Source: a virus
Lineage: Duplodnaviria; Caudoviricetes
Strand: one strand, 5' to 3'
Length of the DNA: 64,000 nt
IMG/VR virus record: IMGVR_UViG_3300035675_000001
A program made the translations under genes and the position numbers. The notes beneath the pieces were generated by a model, which was given only the letters and a program-made list of their open reading frames with translations, did no database searches and had not been told where the DNA came from. Shown here one piece after another: positions 1 to 7,719 of the stretch. Position 1 is the stretch's first letter; every line of letters begins with the position of its first letter.

Positions 1-603
1 CATGACCGGCGCTACGACCAGGCAGTCGCGCTCCTGGAGAAGTATGGCAAAGACCTGGAATGCCTGGCGTTCTCCAGCACCGGCGAACCGTTTTTCAGCC
101 GATACTACCTGCGGCTGATGCGCGAATACCTCTGCCGGGAAAAGCTGCCCATAGCCAACATCCACATTGGCACCAACGGCACCCTGCTCGATGCCAAAAT
201 GTGGGAGAGCTTGAAGTGCAAAGACATGGTTCACCTAATCTGCGTCAGCATTGACGCAGCGACGAAGGAGACCTACGAAAAGGTGCGCGGGCCAAACTGG
301 GACCGGCTGATGGACAACCTGGCCTTCATCAAATCGCTCCACGAATCCAAGGTCGTGCCCTACTTCCAGATCAGGATGGTTGTCCAGGCGCTCAACTGGC
401 GCGAGATGGAGCAGTTCGCCTACCTAGCCTCCACCTTCCTGGCCCACCCGGTTTACCAGCTCGTGTATCCCTGGGGCACGCTGACTGACGCGGACATGAT
501 CTACTACAAGGAGCATCCCGACTACGAGGAGTTCATGACCCACCTGCGGGCCTTCGACAAGAAGTTCCACTGGGTGGAGGCGTATTACCGCCAACTGCTC
601 TGA
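1..603 (+). CDS. Radical SAM protein, 5'-truncated
   Basis: Frame open from base 1; STGEPF, TNGTLL and VSIDAAT..TYEKVRG motifs typical of radical SAM/SPASM enzymes; CxxxCxxC lies outside the window. Confidence 0.75.
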   Translation, partial: HDRRYDQAVALLEKYGKDLECLAFSSTGEPFFSRYYLRLMREYLCREKLPIANIHIGTNGTLLDAKMWESLKCKDMVHLICVSIDAATKETYEKVRGPNWDRLMDNLAFIKSLHESKVVPYFQIRMVVQALNWREMEQFAYLASTFLAHPVYQLVYPWGTLTDADMIYYKEHPDYEEFMTHLRAFDKKFHWVEAYYRQLL

Positions 604-605
604 AA

Positions 606-680
606 TGGTGCGCGTGGAGAGGATCGCACTCCCAACCTCCGCCGTGTCGAGGCGTTGCTCTGCTGCTGAGCTACACGCGC
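606..680 (-). tRNA. tRNA-Val(GAC)
   Basis: Acceptor GCGCGTG/CACGCGC, A-CCA; anticodon loop TC-GAC-AC (C33); T-loop TGCGATC. Confidence 0.9.
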
Positions 681-681
681 A

Positions 682-831
682 TTAAGATTGTCGCTGCTTG
701 GCGATGATTTCGACCGAGTGAGCGATCCGATTGACCGCATCCGCAATTTTACGGATGGAGTCGTCCGTAGCCGCCCCGACGCCGAACATGACCACCAGAC
801 CCAGGAAGAAGCCTAATGTAAACTTTTTCAT
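682..831 (-). CDS. Small membrane/secreted protein (49 aa)
   Basis: Read by hand: MKKFTLGFFLGLVVMFGVGAATDDSIRKIADAVNRIAHSVEIIAKQRQS; below the ORF-track cutoff. Confidence 0.55.
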   Translation of the reverse strand: MKKFTLGFFLGLVVMFGVGAATDDSIRKIADAVNRIAHSVEIIAKQRQS

Positions 832-848
832 CCAGGATAGTTAATGCG

Positions 849-1220
849 ATGAAAGTCGCTGGTCAAGAGATCGAAGTTCAAACCGACCGCTATCATGGCG
901 GCTGGCTGAGCGTCGCCTACATGCCTGATGGCAAGAGAGTTGCCTCGGCCCCCTGGGACACCAGGGAAGCTGCCGAGAACGACGTGTATCAGCAGGTCTT
1001 GATGCGCCTGGCACCCGCGCCGACTTTCGACCCGACCAGAAGCTACGAATCGGCCATCATTCAAAGCCGAGCCGATGGTCTCCTGGAGCACTGCGGGCAC
1101 TGCCCCAACGACATCCGCAAGCGTCGGCTGGCCCGGCTGCGTAAGACCCCGCCGCCCAAAGCTTCGTTTTACCCTGGCAGCGGTGGATCAGCCGGGGTTG
1201 GAGGGACCACAAGTGCCTGA
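849..1220 (+). CDS. Hypothetical protein
   Basis: 123-aa ORF preceded by ATAGTTA; stop overlaps the next GTG start. Confidence 0.55.
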   Translation: MKVAGQEIEVQTDRYHGGWLSVAYMPDGKRVASAPWDTREAAENDVYQQVLMRLAPAPTFDPTRSYESAIIQSRADGLLEHCGHCPNDIRKRRLARLRKTPPPKASFYPGSGGSAGVGGTTSA

Positions 1221-2136
1221 GTTCGGCCTCAAATACGACTACCGGCCCTACGTCTGCATGACTTGCGGGCAGGAGAAGATGATCGGCACCAACCACACCG
1301 ACATCTGCTTTGACCACTGCCCAGGGTGCTCCTGGCGCGGCGGTATGCACCCGACCGGCGAAGTTTACCATCCCAGCCACACCCGCGCTTTTCAGTTCGC
1401 AGGACAGGAACCGGAGGACAAAATGATCGACCGTGATTTACTGGGCGAAGCCGATGAGCTTCTGCCGCGCCCGCCCTCGATGAAGGTGCGCGATCTCCAG
1501 GACAAAGCTACCCAGTCGCGGGCAAAACTTGCCCAGCTCCGCGCCCAAATGGGCAACCGGCCCGATGTGCTGGCCAAGATCGACGACCTCGACAAGAAGA
1601 TGAACCAGCGCGACAGCCTGTTGCGCCAGCTCAAATACAGCCTGGAGTTCCGCGAGGCCGCAGCCCGGCACAATGTTCCTCTCGATCAGGTCCGCGCCTT
1701 GATCCCGCACCCCAGCACACCTTTCGGCCAAACGCCACGATCCGTGGTCGGCCTGGTCACCAACGACGGTCGCCGGGTCATGTTCACCCGGCCCATTGAC
1801 GTTCACCGGCCAGATGTCGTTGAGCACTGGGAAGACCTGGATGAAGGCTGGCGCAAATGGGCGGCTGGAGCGGCAATGGGAGCTGCGCTCCTGGGCGCTG
1901 GCATCCACAGCCAGCACCACGCCAAAGCTCCGCAGCAGGCCAGCTACGTCGATCCCGACGCCGAGCGCGAAGCCAAAGCCGAGCAGCGGTTGCGGAACAA
2001 AGCGGACCAGCTCAAGAGCGCCGGAAAAACCAGCGGCACTTTCAAGCAGGGCAAGCTCCAGCCTGACACATTCCAGCCGGGCACACTGGGCGGCTCGAAC
2101 ACCGCCGAGCGCCGTGTCAGCCACACGGACTTCTGA
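1213..2136 (+). CDS. Hypothetical protein with N-terminal CxxC zinc-binding motifs and a hydrophobic segment
   Basis: GTG start inside ORF 1075-2136; CMTC...CPGC; EDLDEGWRKWAAGAAMGAALLG. Confidence 0.6.
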   Translation: MPEFGLKYDYRPYVCMTCGQEKMIGTNHTDICFDHCPGCSWRGGMHPTGEVYHPSHTRAFQFAGQEPEDKMIDRDLLGEADELLPRPPSMKVRDLQDKATQSRAKLAQLRAQMGNRPDVLAKIDDLDKKMNQRDSLLRQLKYSLEFREAAARHNVPLDQVRALIPHPSTPFGQTPRSVVGLVTNDGRRVMFTRPIDVHRPDVVEHWEDLDEGWRKWAAGAAMGAALLGAGIHSQHHAKAPQQASYVDPDAEREAKAEQRLRNKADQLKSAGKTSGTFKQGKLQPDTFQPGTLGGSNTAERRVSHTDF

Positions 2137-2208
2137 TGGAGCCGAAGGCCGGTGCTGCCCCGGCCTGGTCAAGTTTACAAAACTCGTCCCCTCGCTGGAG
2201 GCTTCGGC
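2137..2208 (-). tRNA. tRNA-Thr(TGT)
   Basis: Acceptor GCCGAAG/CTTCGGC, T-CCA; anticodon CGAGT-TTTGTAA-ACTTG; T-loop GGCAGCA; C8. Confidence 0.85.
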
Positions 2209-2250
2209 GTCAATACCTTAGTGCATAGGACGTGTTCCCCGTGGAACAAA

Positions 2251-2326
2251 TGGTGGGCTGGGCGGGCCACGATCCCGCAACCTGACGGTTAAGAGCCGCC
2301 TGCTCTGCCGATTGAGCTACCAACCC
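2251..2326 (-). tRNA. tRNA-Lys(CTT)
   Basis: Cloverleaf with CCA; loop CT-CTT-AA; T-loop ATCGTGG. Confidence 0.9.
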
Positions 2327-2332
2327 GTAAAA

Positions 2333-2407
2333 TGGTCGCTGCGCCCGGACTCGCACCGGGAACCGTCACCTTATGAGGGTGCCGCGCTACTATTGCGCCA
2401 CGCAGCG
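2333..2407 (-). tRNA. tRNA-Met or Ile2 (CAT)
   Basis: C1-G72 paired, so not initiator; loop CT-CAT-AA; T-loop TGCGAGT. Confidence 0.85.
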
Positions 2408-2411
2408 TTCG

Positions 2412-2466
2412 CCTGGCCTTGGTTCGCACCGTGTCTTCGGCACCACCATGACAAGACAGGGCCAGG
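2412..2466 (-). ncRNA. Candidate small structured RNA between tRNAs
   Basis: CCTGGCC/GGCCAGG closing stem, TGTCTT/AAGACA inner stem, GGT-GCGA-ACC GNRA hairpin. Confidence 0.4.
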
Positions 2467-2473
2467 TTTGAAG

Positions 2474-2549
2474 TGGAGCCAACCCAGGGACTTGCACCCT
2501 GCATCACCCGCTTACCAAGCGGGGTCACCGCTGTCTGTGAGTGGTTGGC
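2474..2549 (-). tRNA. tRNA-Thr(GGT)
   Basis: Acceptor GCCAACC/GGTTGGC, T-CCA; loop TT-GGT-AA; T-loop TGCAAGT; A8. Confidence 0.9.
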
Positions 2550-2552
2550 AAA

Positions 2553-2628
2553 TGGAGCGAACGACCGGCAATGATCCGGCAACCTGATGCTTGGAAGGCA
2601 CCTGCTCTGCCTATTGAGCTACGTTCGC
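2553..2628 (-). tRNA. tRNA-Gly(TCC)
   Basis: T73-CCA; loop CT-TCC-AA; T-loop ATCATTG. Confidence 0.9.
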
Positions 2629-2951
2629 GTTGGAAAACCTTGTTCGGCGCGGCGGACCTTTTTGGCGGCTTCACGAGCCTCCCGGCCCGCTTCCCATTCT
2701 TCCGGGGAAGGCACTGGATCAAGAATCTCGTCGCCGGGATGAAGCATCCCGTGGGACCAGCCGCCCTGGCCATCATCGTAGCCGACCGAGTGGTGGATAC
2801 CCCTGCCGATCTCGCGGAGATCGTAATAGCCGTTCCAGTGAGCCTTGACGACCCCCTGCGGCGTGCGGACGCGGATGACTTTTCCGCCGCCTGGGTAATC
2901 TTCCTCACCCTCCAGGAGCGTCTTTACGATGAATTGTGCCACGCTAATCAT
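2619..2951 (-). CDS. Hypothetical protein with N-terminal LLE-acidic motif
   Basis: Start re-assigned to MISVAQFIVKTLLEGEED because the longer ORF overlaps tRNAs; GTAGTTA 8 nt upstream. Confidence 0.65.
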   Translation of the reverse strand: MISVAQFIVKTLLEGEEDYPGGGKVIRVRTPQGVVKAHWNGYYDLREIGRGIHHSVGYDDGQGGWSHGMLHPGDEILDPVPSPEEWEAGREAREAAKKVRRAEQGFPTRT

Positions 2952-2985
2952 GTCGGCATAACTACGCGGGGACTTGAGGACAGAA

Positions 2986-3060
2986 TGGAGGCCAGCCGGG
3001 GAATCGCACCCCGCGCCACGGTTTTGCAGACCGGTCAGTTCGCTTGCTCTGTCGCTGGCC
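2986..3060 (-). tRNA. tRNA-Cys(GCA)
   Basis: T73-CCA; loop CT-GCA-AA; T-loop TGCGATT; G8. Confidence 0.9.
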
Positions 3061-3061
3061 C

Positions 3062-3137
3062 TGGAGCCTCCGGCTGGAATTGCACCAGCCACGTCCTGTT
3101 TACGAAACAGGCGCACCGCTGTCTGTGCTTCGGAGGC
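3062..3137 (-). tRNA. tRNA-Thr(CGT)
   Basis: Loop TT-CGT-AA; T-loop TGCAATT; A8. Confidence 0.9.
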
Positions 3138-3140
3138 AAA

Positions 3141-3215
3141 TGGTGGGAACGGCTGGTGCTGCCCCAGCGACCTTGAGTTTGTAGGACTCCTGCTCTACTG
3201 CTGAGCTACGCTCCC
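3141..3215 (-). tRNA. tRNA-Val(TAC)
   Basis: Loop CC-TAC-AA (C33); T-loop GGCAGCA. Confidence 0.9.
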
Positions 3216-3235
3216 GAAATCGGTTCTAAAAAGGC

Positions 3236-3964
3236 ATGAGTGAATTGTTTCGAGCACGGGTCGAGAAGTTTTTCCTGGAGTATGTCCTCCACGACAGCCC
3301 GCACAGCCGCAATCCGTTTGTCACGACGCACTGCCAACGCTACGTCCACTCCATGCTGTTCGCCGAGGCCGAGCTGAAAGAGGCCAAGGTGATCCTGGAA
3401 GTGGGCGCACCGGGCGCTTTCACCGAGGGCCTGCGGTCCATGCTGCCGGACCTGGTGATCGAAAACTCAAGCGCCGATCTCCGCACCGTCTTTACGGACA
3501 AGCGAGACTACTACGACTTCATCCTGAACATGGAGGTCATCGAGCACATGAAAGACCTGGACGTGCCGGAGGACTGGTTCCATCGGGATGCCTACGTCGG
3601 CGACGGCTTGAAAAATTTTGTAAACACTTGCTACCAGTGCTTGAAACCTGGCGGAAAGATGTTCTTGACGACCCCCAATCTCAGTTCCATCGGAACTCTT
3701 TGGAGGGTAATGAACTGTGGAAACCCATTTTCCTACGAGCTGCACATCCGCGAACTTTCAGTCAGTGATCTCTGGAAGGCGCTCACCGATGCCGGATTCA
3801 AGATCGACCGCTATACAACCATGCGTTGTTACGAGCAAAACCAGGTTCCACCGGACAAAGAGGCCCGAATCATGGGCTTCTTGCGCGAGATGAATCTGCC
3901 CACGGACAACCGCGATGAAGTCCAGTTCGTCTTGGCGTCCAAGCCTGTAGTTAAACCGCAATGA
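3236..3964 (+). CDS. Class I SAM-dependent methyltransferase
   Basis: ILEVGAPG motif I, MEVIEHM, LKPGGKMFLTTPN. Confidence 0.85.
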   Translation: MSELFRARVEKFFLEYVLHDSPHSRNPFVTTHCQRYVHSMLFAEAELKEAKVILEVGAPGAFTEGLRSMLPDLVIENSSADLRTVFTDKRDYYDFILNMEVIEHMKDLDVPEDWFHRDAYVGDGLKNFVNTCYQCLKPGGKMFLTTPNLSSIGTLWRVMNCGNPFSYELHIRELSVSDLWKALTDAGFKIDRYTTMRCYEQNQVPPDKEARIMGFLREMNLPTDNRDEVQFVLASKPVVKPQ

Positions 3965-4101
3965 CGACCTGGCTACTCATAGCGGTAGTTGCCGGACTGG
4001 CTTTCGCTGCCGGATGGTGGTGGAGGGGTCGCCGGAAACGCAGACAAATTCGGGTCGAGTTCGACATCGGCCCAGTAACATTGAAACAAAACTATGGTTA
4101 A
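3961..4101 (+). CDS. Small membrane protein (46 aa)
   Basis: MTTWLLIAVVAGLAFAAGWWWRGRRKRR...; ATGA overlap with upstream stop; GTAGTTA upstream. Confidence 0.5.
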   Translation: MTTWLLIAVVAGLAFAAGWWWRGRRKRRQIRVEFDIGPVTLKQNYG

Positions 4102-4630
4102 GATCACAACCGAACAACAAGTCCGTTTGCACGCGGCCTTCCTGACGGCAGCGGGTTCTCCCGCTCCGATTGAGGGAACGCCGGAATGGAGTGCCGCTCC
4201 TGCGGGAGTGGTCAACCTCATCGTGGACCCTGATGGCCGCGCAGCCCTTTGCCAGAGCGTAGCTGCTGGCACCGCCCAGGTGTCCGTCTCGGCTGACGCC
4301 GACCTTGGCACCGGGGTCCGAACAATCACCGGCACCATCGGGATCGAAGTCAGCGAAGCCTCTGCCGAAGCAGTGGAGATCACCGCCGATACGCCTGAGT
4401 TCAAGACCGTGACGCTTACCGTCACCGTTGAAATGCTCCCGGACGGCACGGCCAAGGTCACCGGCCACGGCAACCCCGACACGCTGTATCACGTCGAAGC
4501 CGCCGATGATGTCGCTGGCCCGTATGCTGAGATCGGGACCACCCTGTCGGATTCGACCGGCGTCGCTATCTTCATCGACCCGGATGCCGCTTCGCACACC
4601 ACTCGGTTTTATCGTCTTCGTTGGCCCTAA
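4094..4630 (+). CDS. Ig-like protein with Verrucomicrobia-type C-terminal domain
   Basis: Beta-rich N-terminal half; ends YHVEAADDVAGPY...FIDPDAASHTTRFYRLRWP. Confidence 0.65.
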   Translation: MVKITTEQQVRLHAAFLTAAGSPAPIEGTPEWSAAPAGVVNLIVDPDGRAALCQSVAAGTAQVSVSADADLGTGVRTITGTIGIEVSEASAEAVEITADTPEFKTVTLTVTVEMLPDGTAKVTGHGNPDTLYHVEAADDVAGPYAEIGTTLSDSTGVAIFIDPDAASHTTRFYRLRWP

Positions 4631-4701
4631 AGGCTGACGTTGTTGGTGGTCAGTCCAGTCGTTGACGGCCCGGAGCTGTTCTCCGGGCCGTTTCTTTGCA
4701 A

Positions 4702-4833
4702 TGGTGGGGACGATAATCCTTCAAGTTCGGCCCTATTCAGGCAAGGATTTTCGGAGGTTTATTTGAGACGGGATTTGAACCCGCGACCTCCCGCTTTTCA
4801 GGCGGGCGCTCTACCAGGCTGAGCTACGTCCCC
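4702..4833 (-). tRNA. tRNA-Phe(GAA) with a 55-nt insert between the T arm and the acceptor 3' strand
   Basis: 5' GGGGACG pairs with distal CGTCCCC-A-CCA; normal D arm; CCCGC-CTGAAAA-GCGGG; T-loop TTCAAAT; insert at 4713-4767. Confidence 0.8.
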
Positions 4834-4853
4834 ATAAATCTGTTCTACGCAAT

Positions 4854-5585
4854 ATGCTGACAATCGGAATCTTGAACTGCAAACGGCAGAATAACGTCGT
4901 GGCCCTGGTCAACCGTTATTCGGCCATGCCCATCGTCTCTCGCGTCACCGTGTGGAGCAGTCCGCCCGGCGACTTCCGCGTGAGCGACAACCCCAAACTC
5001 CTGACCGCGACCTGCGCCCCGGACTGGGGCATGTATGCCCGGTTCCAGTCGGTCCTCAACGCGCCCACGGAGTGGGTCATGACGGTCGATGACGACCTGT
5101 TCATCCCGGAGGAGTCGATCAAGGTCATGCTCGACGCCCGGATGAAGGACAAGGACAAGAGGATCAGCGGCATGTTCGGCAGACGGCCTTCCCAAACCCA
5201 GGGCTTTGCCGTGTTCAAAGACCTGGTGGACGAGGACTGCGAAATCGTCGTGGCCCGCGTCATGGTGTTTCACGTCAGCCTGATCGCCCGCTTCTTCGAT
5301 GTCGTGCGCGACCCGCGCTGGGAGGAGCTTTACGCCAAAGGCCGGGCCAATGGCTGGACAAAGACCACCAACATCGAGGACATCATCATGAGCTACACCG
5401 CGATGCGCGACACCGGCAGGCTCAACCAGATTCACAAGGTGCCCCACCAGGAGTTCGACGCGCCGGAGCCGATCTGGAAGATGCCGAACTTCTTCCCGTA
5501 TCGCCAAGCGGGCCTGACGTTCACCCAGCAGTTTTTCAACAACTGGTCCCACAGCGATCAGCCGACCGGCTGGACCGGCTGTTAA
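4854..5585 (+). CDS. GT-A fold glycosyltransferase (GT64/EXTL-like)
   Basis: VMTVDDDLFI DxD motif; NIEDIIMS resembles the EXTL NCEDI motif. Confidence 0.65.
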   Translation: MLTIGILNCKRQNNVVALVNRYSAMPIVSRVTVWSSPPGDFRVSDNPKLLTATCAPDWGMYARFQSVLNAPTEWVMTVDDDLFIPEESIKVMLDARMKDKDKRISGMFGRRPSQTQGFAVFKDLVDEDCEIVVARVMVFHVSLIARFFDVVRDPRWEELYAKGRANGWTKTTNIEDIIMSYTAMRDTGRLNQIHKVPHQEFDAPEPIWKMPNFFPYRQAGLTFTQQFFNNWSHSDQPTGWTGC

Positions 5586-5586
5586 A

Positions 5587-5661
5587 TGGTGCTCGCGGTT
5601 GGAATCCCACCAACGGCCTCAGCCTTCGCAGGGCTGCGCTCTATAACTGAGCTACGCGAGC
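5587..5661 (-). tRNA. tRNA-Arg(GCG)
   Basis: Loop CT-GCG-AA; T-loop TGGGATT. Confidence 0.9.
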
Positions 5662-5665
5662 AAAA

Positions 5666-5741
5666 TGGTGCCCCAAACTGGAATCTCACCAGTGGCCTTC
5701 GCCTTCGGAGGGCGACGCTCTATAGACTGAGCTACTGGGGC
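5666..5741 (-). tRNA. tRNA-Arg(CCG)
   Basis: Loop CT-CCG-AA; T-loop TGAGATT. Confidence 0.9.
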
Positions 5742-5742
5742 A

Positions 5743-5821
5743 TGGCGTTCCTGGCGGGACTCGCACCCGCTAGAGATTCGGCTTGAAAGGCCGACCGCTG
5801 GACGACTTTGCGCTCAGGAAC
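5743..5821 (-). tRNA. tRNA-Glu(TTC)
   Basis: Loop CT-TTC-AA; G73; T-loop TGCGAGT; A8. Confidence 0.88.
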
Positions 5822-5826
5822 AAAAA

Positions 5827-5903
5827 TGGTATCCCCGGTGGGATTCGCACCCACGATCTTCTGGTTGAGAACCAGGCGTGTTGGGCTGCTACACTACGGG
5901 GAC
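5827..5903 (-). tRNA. tRNA-Glu(CTC)
   Basis: Loop TT-CTC-AA; T-loop TGCGAAT. Confidence 0.9.
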
Positions 5904-5907
5904 AATC

Positions 5908-5977
5908 CACGGACAAGGAGAGCGACGTGGGAGGTTTCTCATTAGTGGTAAGATAACCCACATCAATTCGGCCCGTG
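5908..5977 (-). ncRNA. Minimal Y RNA-like RNA (Ro60-binding stem)
   Basis: CACGGGCCGA...GTGGGTTATCT...CCCAC...CCTTGTCCGTG; bulged-C helix and GUUAUCU as in Y RNAs. Confidence 0.7.
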
Positions 5978-5981
5978 AAAG

Positions 5982-6056
5982 TGGTCCCTGGGATCGGTAA
6001 CGCACCGATGTCTCCGGTTTTTCAGACCGGCGCTAATCTATCTCAGCTACCCAGGG
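5982..6056 (-). tRNA. tRNA-Phe(GAA), uninterrupted copy
   Basis: Loop CT-GAA-AA; T-loop TGCGTTA. Confidence 0.9.
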
Positions 6057-6057
6057 T

Positions 6058-6243
6058 TCAAGGCTCCAGCGTTTCCGCGAGCAGGAGGGCTGCTGCGAGA
6101 CGACGCGCCTCCCTGCGCGTCAGATGATGATAGACGGTCTCGCCTGCGGATGAGGACAAACTGACCTTGATGAAATTGGATCGTCGGGTCTTGGAAACCT
6201 CCACCCGATACTGCTTCGCTTTGCTGACAAGACGGTAGCTCAC
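6058..6243 (-). CDS. Hypothetical protein
   Basis: 61-aa ORF; ATGA overlap with upstream gene. Confidence 0.5.
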   Translation of the reverse strand: MSYRLVSKAKQYRVEVSKTRRSNFIKVSLSSSAGETVYHHLTRREARRLAAALLLAETLEP

Positions 6244-6647
6244 TCAGGGAACCGGGGGAGTTTGTGATCGTCAGCCTGCTTCTCGTAATACTCCAGCTTG
6301 GACCGAATATCGTTCAGCACTTTGGCCAGCTCGGCAGCAAAGCTCACTGGCTCCGGTTCCACTTTGGCGTGAATGATGACCTTCAAATGATCGGCTGCTT
6401 TCTTCTGCGCCCGCATCTCGATGCGGGTTGCGCCCGCCGCCCAGGCGAAGAACAGCGAGTTCAAAAACGCCAGGATGTAATGTGCCGAGCTATGGGACGC
6501 CGCGACCTCGGTCAGACGATAGATGGTGATGACCACGATGCCCAGGAACACCAGCACCCAAATTCTCCGCTTCACGATACGGTAGAGCGTCGTCCACACG
6601 TAGAGGACGTAGAGCTGCAACAGGATCGCTATGACCAAAAATGCCAT
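6240..6647 (-). CDS. Membrane protein (3 TM segments plus basic/coiled tail)
   Basis: Three hydrophobic stretches; GTATTTA upstream. Confidence 0.6.
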   Translation of the reverse strand: MAFLVIAILLQLYVLYVWTTLYRIVKRRIWVLVFLGIVVITIYRLTEVAASHSSAHYILAFLNSLFFAWAAGATRIEMRAQKKAADHLKVIIHAKVEPEPVSFAAELAKVLNDIRSKLEYYEKQADDHKLPRFPE

Positions 6648-6673
6648 GCCGGTCTAAATACGCAGGCTGAAAT

Positions 6674-6750
6674 TGGTAGCCGCAGTTGGAGTTGCACCAA
6701 CGACCTGACGCTTATCAAGCGCCTGCTCTGACTAGCTGAGCTACGCGGCC
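6674..6750 (-). tRNA. tRNA-Ile(GAT)
   Basis: Loop TT-GAT-AA; T-loop TGCAACT. Confidence 0.9.
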
Positions 6751-6753
6751 ACA

Positions 6754-6841
6754 TGGCGGCTGGTGCAGGATTTCCACCTGCGCGGGTTTTACCCCGTCCA
6801 CGGTTTTCGAGACCGGAACCTTGGTGCTCGGTCAACCAGCC
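6754..6841 (-). tRNA. tRNA-Ser(CGA)
   Basis: Long variable arm, G73; loop CT-CGA-AA; T-loop TGGAAAT. Confidence 0.9.
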
Positions 6842-6851
6842 GGAAAGATTT

Positions 6852-6975
6852 GACGGACAAGGGGAACCAAGGAGTTTTTGCTACCTCCGAGGTCACGGCA
6901 CATGGAGCCGTGAGTGAGAGTCGAACTCACATCGCTTCATTTACAGTGAAGATAATCCTCAGTAATCGGCCCGTC
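6852..6975 (-). ncRNA. YrlA-type Y RNA enclosing a circularly permuted tRNA-Tyr(GTA)-like domain
   Basis: GACGGGCCGA/TTGTCCGTC Ro stem; ACTGAGGA/TCCTTGGT; CTTCA-CTGTAAA-TGAAG; GTGAG-TTCGACT-CTCAC; TCACGGC-TCCATGT-GCCGTGA. Confidence 0.8.
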
Positions 6976-6979
6976 AAAA

Positions 6980-7067
6980 TGGCGGATGGTGCAGGATTTC
7001 CACCTGCGCTGGTGTTACCCAGTCCTCCGGCTTCCAACCGGGAACCTTGGTGCTCGGTCAACCATCC
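6980..7067 (-). tRNA. tRNA-Ser(GGA)
   Basis: Long variable arm, G73; loop TT-GGA-AG; T-loop TGGAAAT. Confidence 0.9.
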
Positions 7068-7084
7068 AAAAAGTTTACAAAAAG

Positions 7085-7173
7085 TGGCGGAGGGCACAGG
7101 AGTCCAACCTGTTCAGGTTTCACCCTGGCGTCGGTTTTCAAGACCGCCCCGTTCGACGTTCCGGCAGCCCTCC
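7085..7173 (-). tRNA. tRNA-Ser(TGA)
   Basis: Long variable arm, G73; loop CT-TGA-AA; T-loop TTGGACT. Confidence 0.9.
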
Positions 7174-7194
7174 GCAAGAAGGTAGTTAGCGCAG

Positions 7195-7641
7195 ATGCCG
7201 GAAAAGACATTAGCCTATCACCTGCTGCAAAAGTTTGAAGCAGACCGGGAGAAGATCGAGCGATACTCGTCCATAGCGGAACACTGCCCGCTCCCCGCGT
7301 TTATCGCTGGATCAGACGGCATTTCCATCCTCTACATCAACCCGGCCTACCGGGAATTGACCGGACGCAACATCGAAGAACTCCAGGACGGCAAGTGGGT
7401 TACGTCGGTTATTCACCCGGACGATCAGGCGTCAGTTATTGATGCCTGGAAATTGTTTACAAAAACTGTCCAGCGACAGGCTCATCATCACCGCTATGTT
7501 CACGTCGATGGCCGGGTCACGGATGCGGTGACTGTAGTGGACCGGGTTGAAGGCAACGGCTACGTTGGCTTCATCATTCCCCACTGCGGCAAAGAGGACT
7601 GCCCGATGCAACAGTTGGTCCCACTTGGTCACCACACGTAA
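7195..7641 (+). CDS. Stand-alone PAS-domain protein
   Basis: ILYINPAYRELTGRNIEELQDGKWVTSVIHPDD is a typical PAS_3/PAS_4 signature; no output domain. Confidence 0.8.
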   Translation: MPEKTLAYHLLQKFEADREKIERYSSIAEHCPLPAFIAGSDGISILYINPAYRELTGRNIEELQDGKWVTSVIHPDDQASVIDAWKLFTKTVQRQAHHHRYVHVDGRVTDAVTVVDRVEGNGYVGFIIPHCGKEDCPMQQLVPLGHHT

Positions 7642-7642
7642 A

Positions 7643-7718
7643 TGGTGCTCGCGGCAGGAATCTCACCTGCGACCAGCCGCTTAGGAAACGACCGCTCTGA
7701 TAACTGAGCTACGCGAGC
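7643..7718 (-). tRNA. tRNA-Arg(CCT)
   Basis: Loop TT-CCT-AA; T-loop TGAGATT. Confidence 0.9.
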
Positions 7719-7719
7719 G

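Noticed and set aside
4713-4767. Group I or archaeal BHB intron in tRNA-Phe
   Set aside because: Too short for group I, no bulge-helix-bulge seen at the junctions, and the sequence matches the Y-RNA modules instead; splicing cannot be excluded without RNA data.
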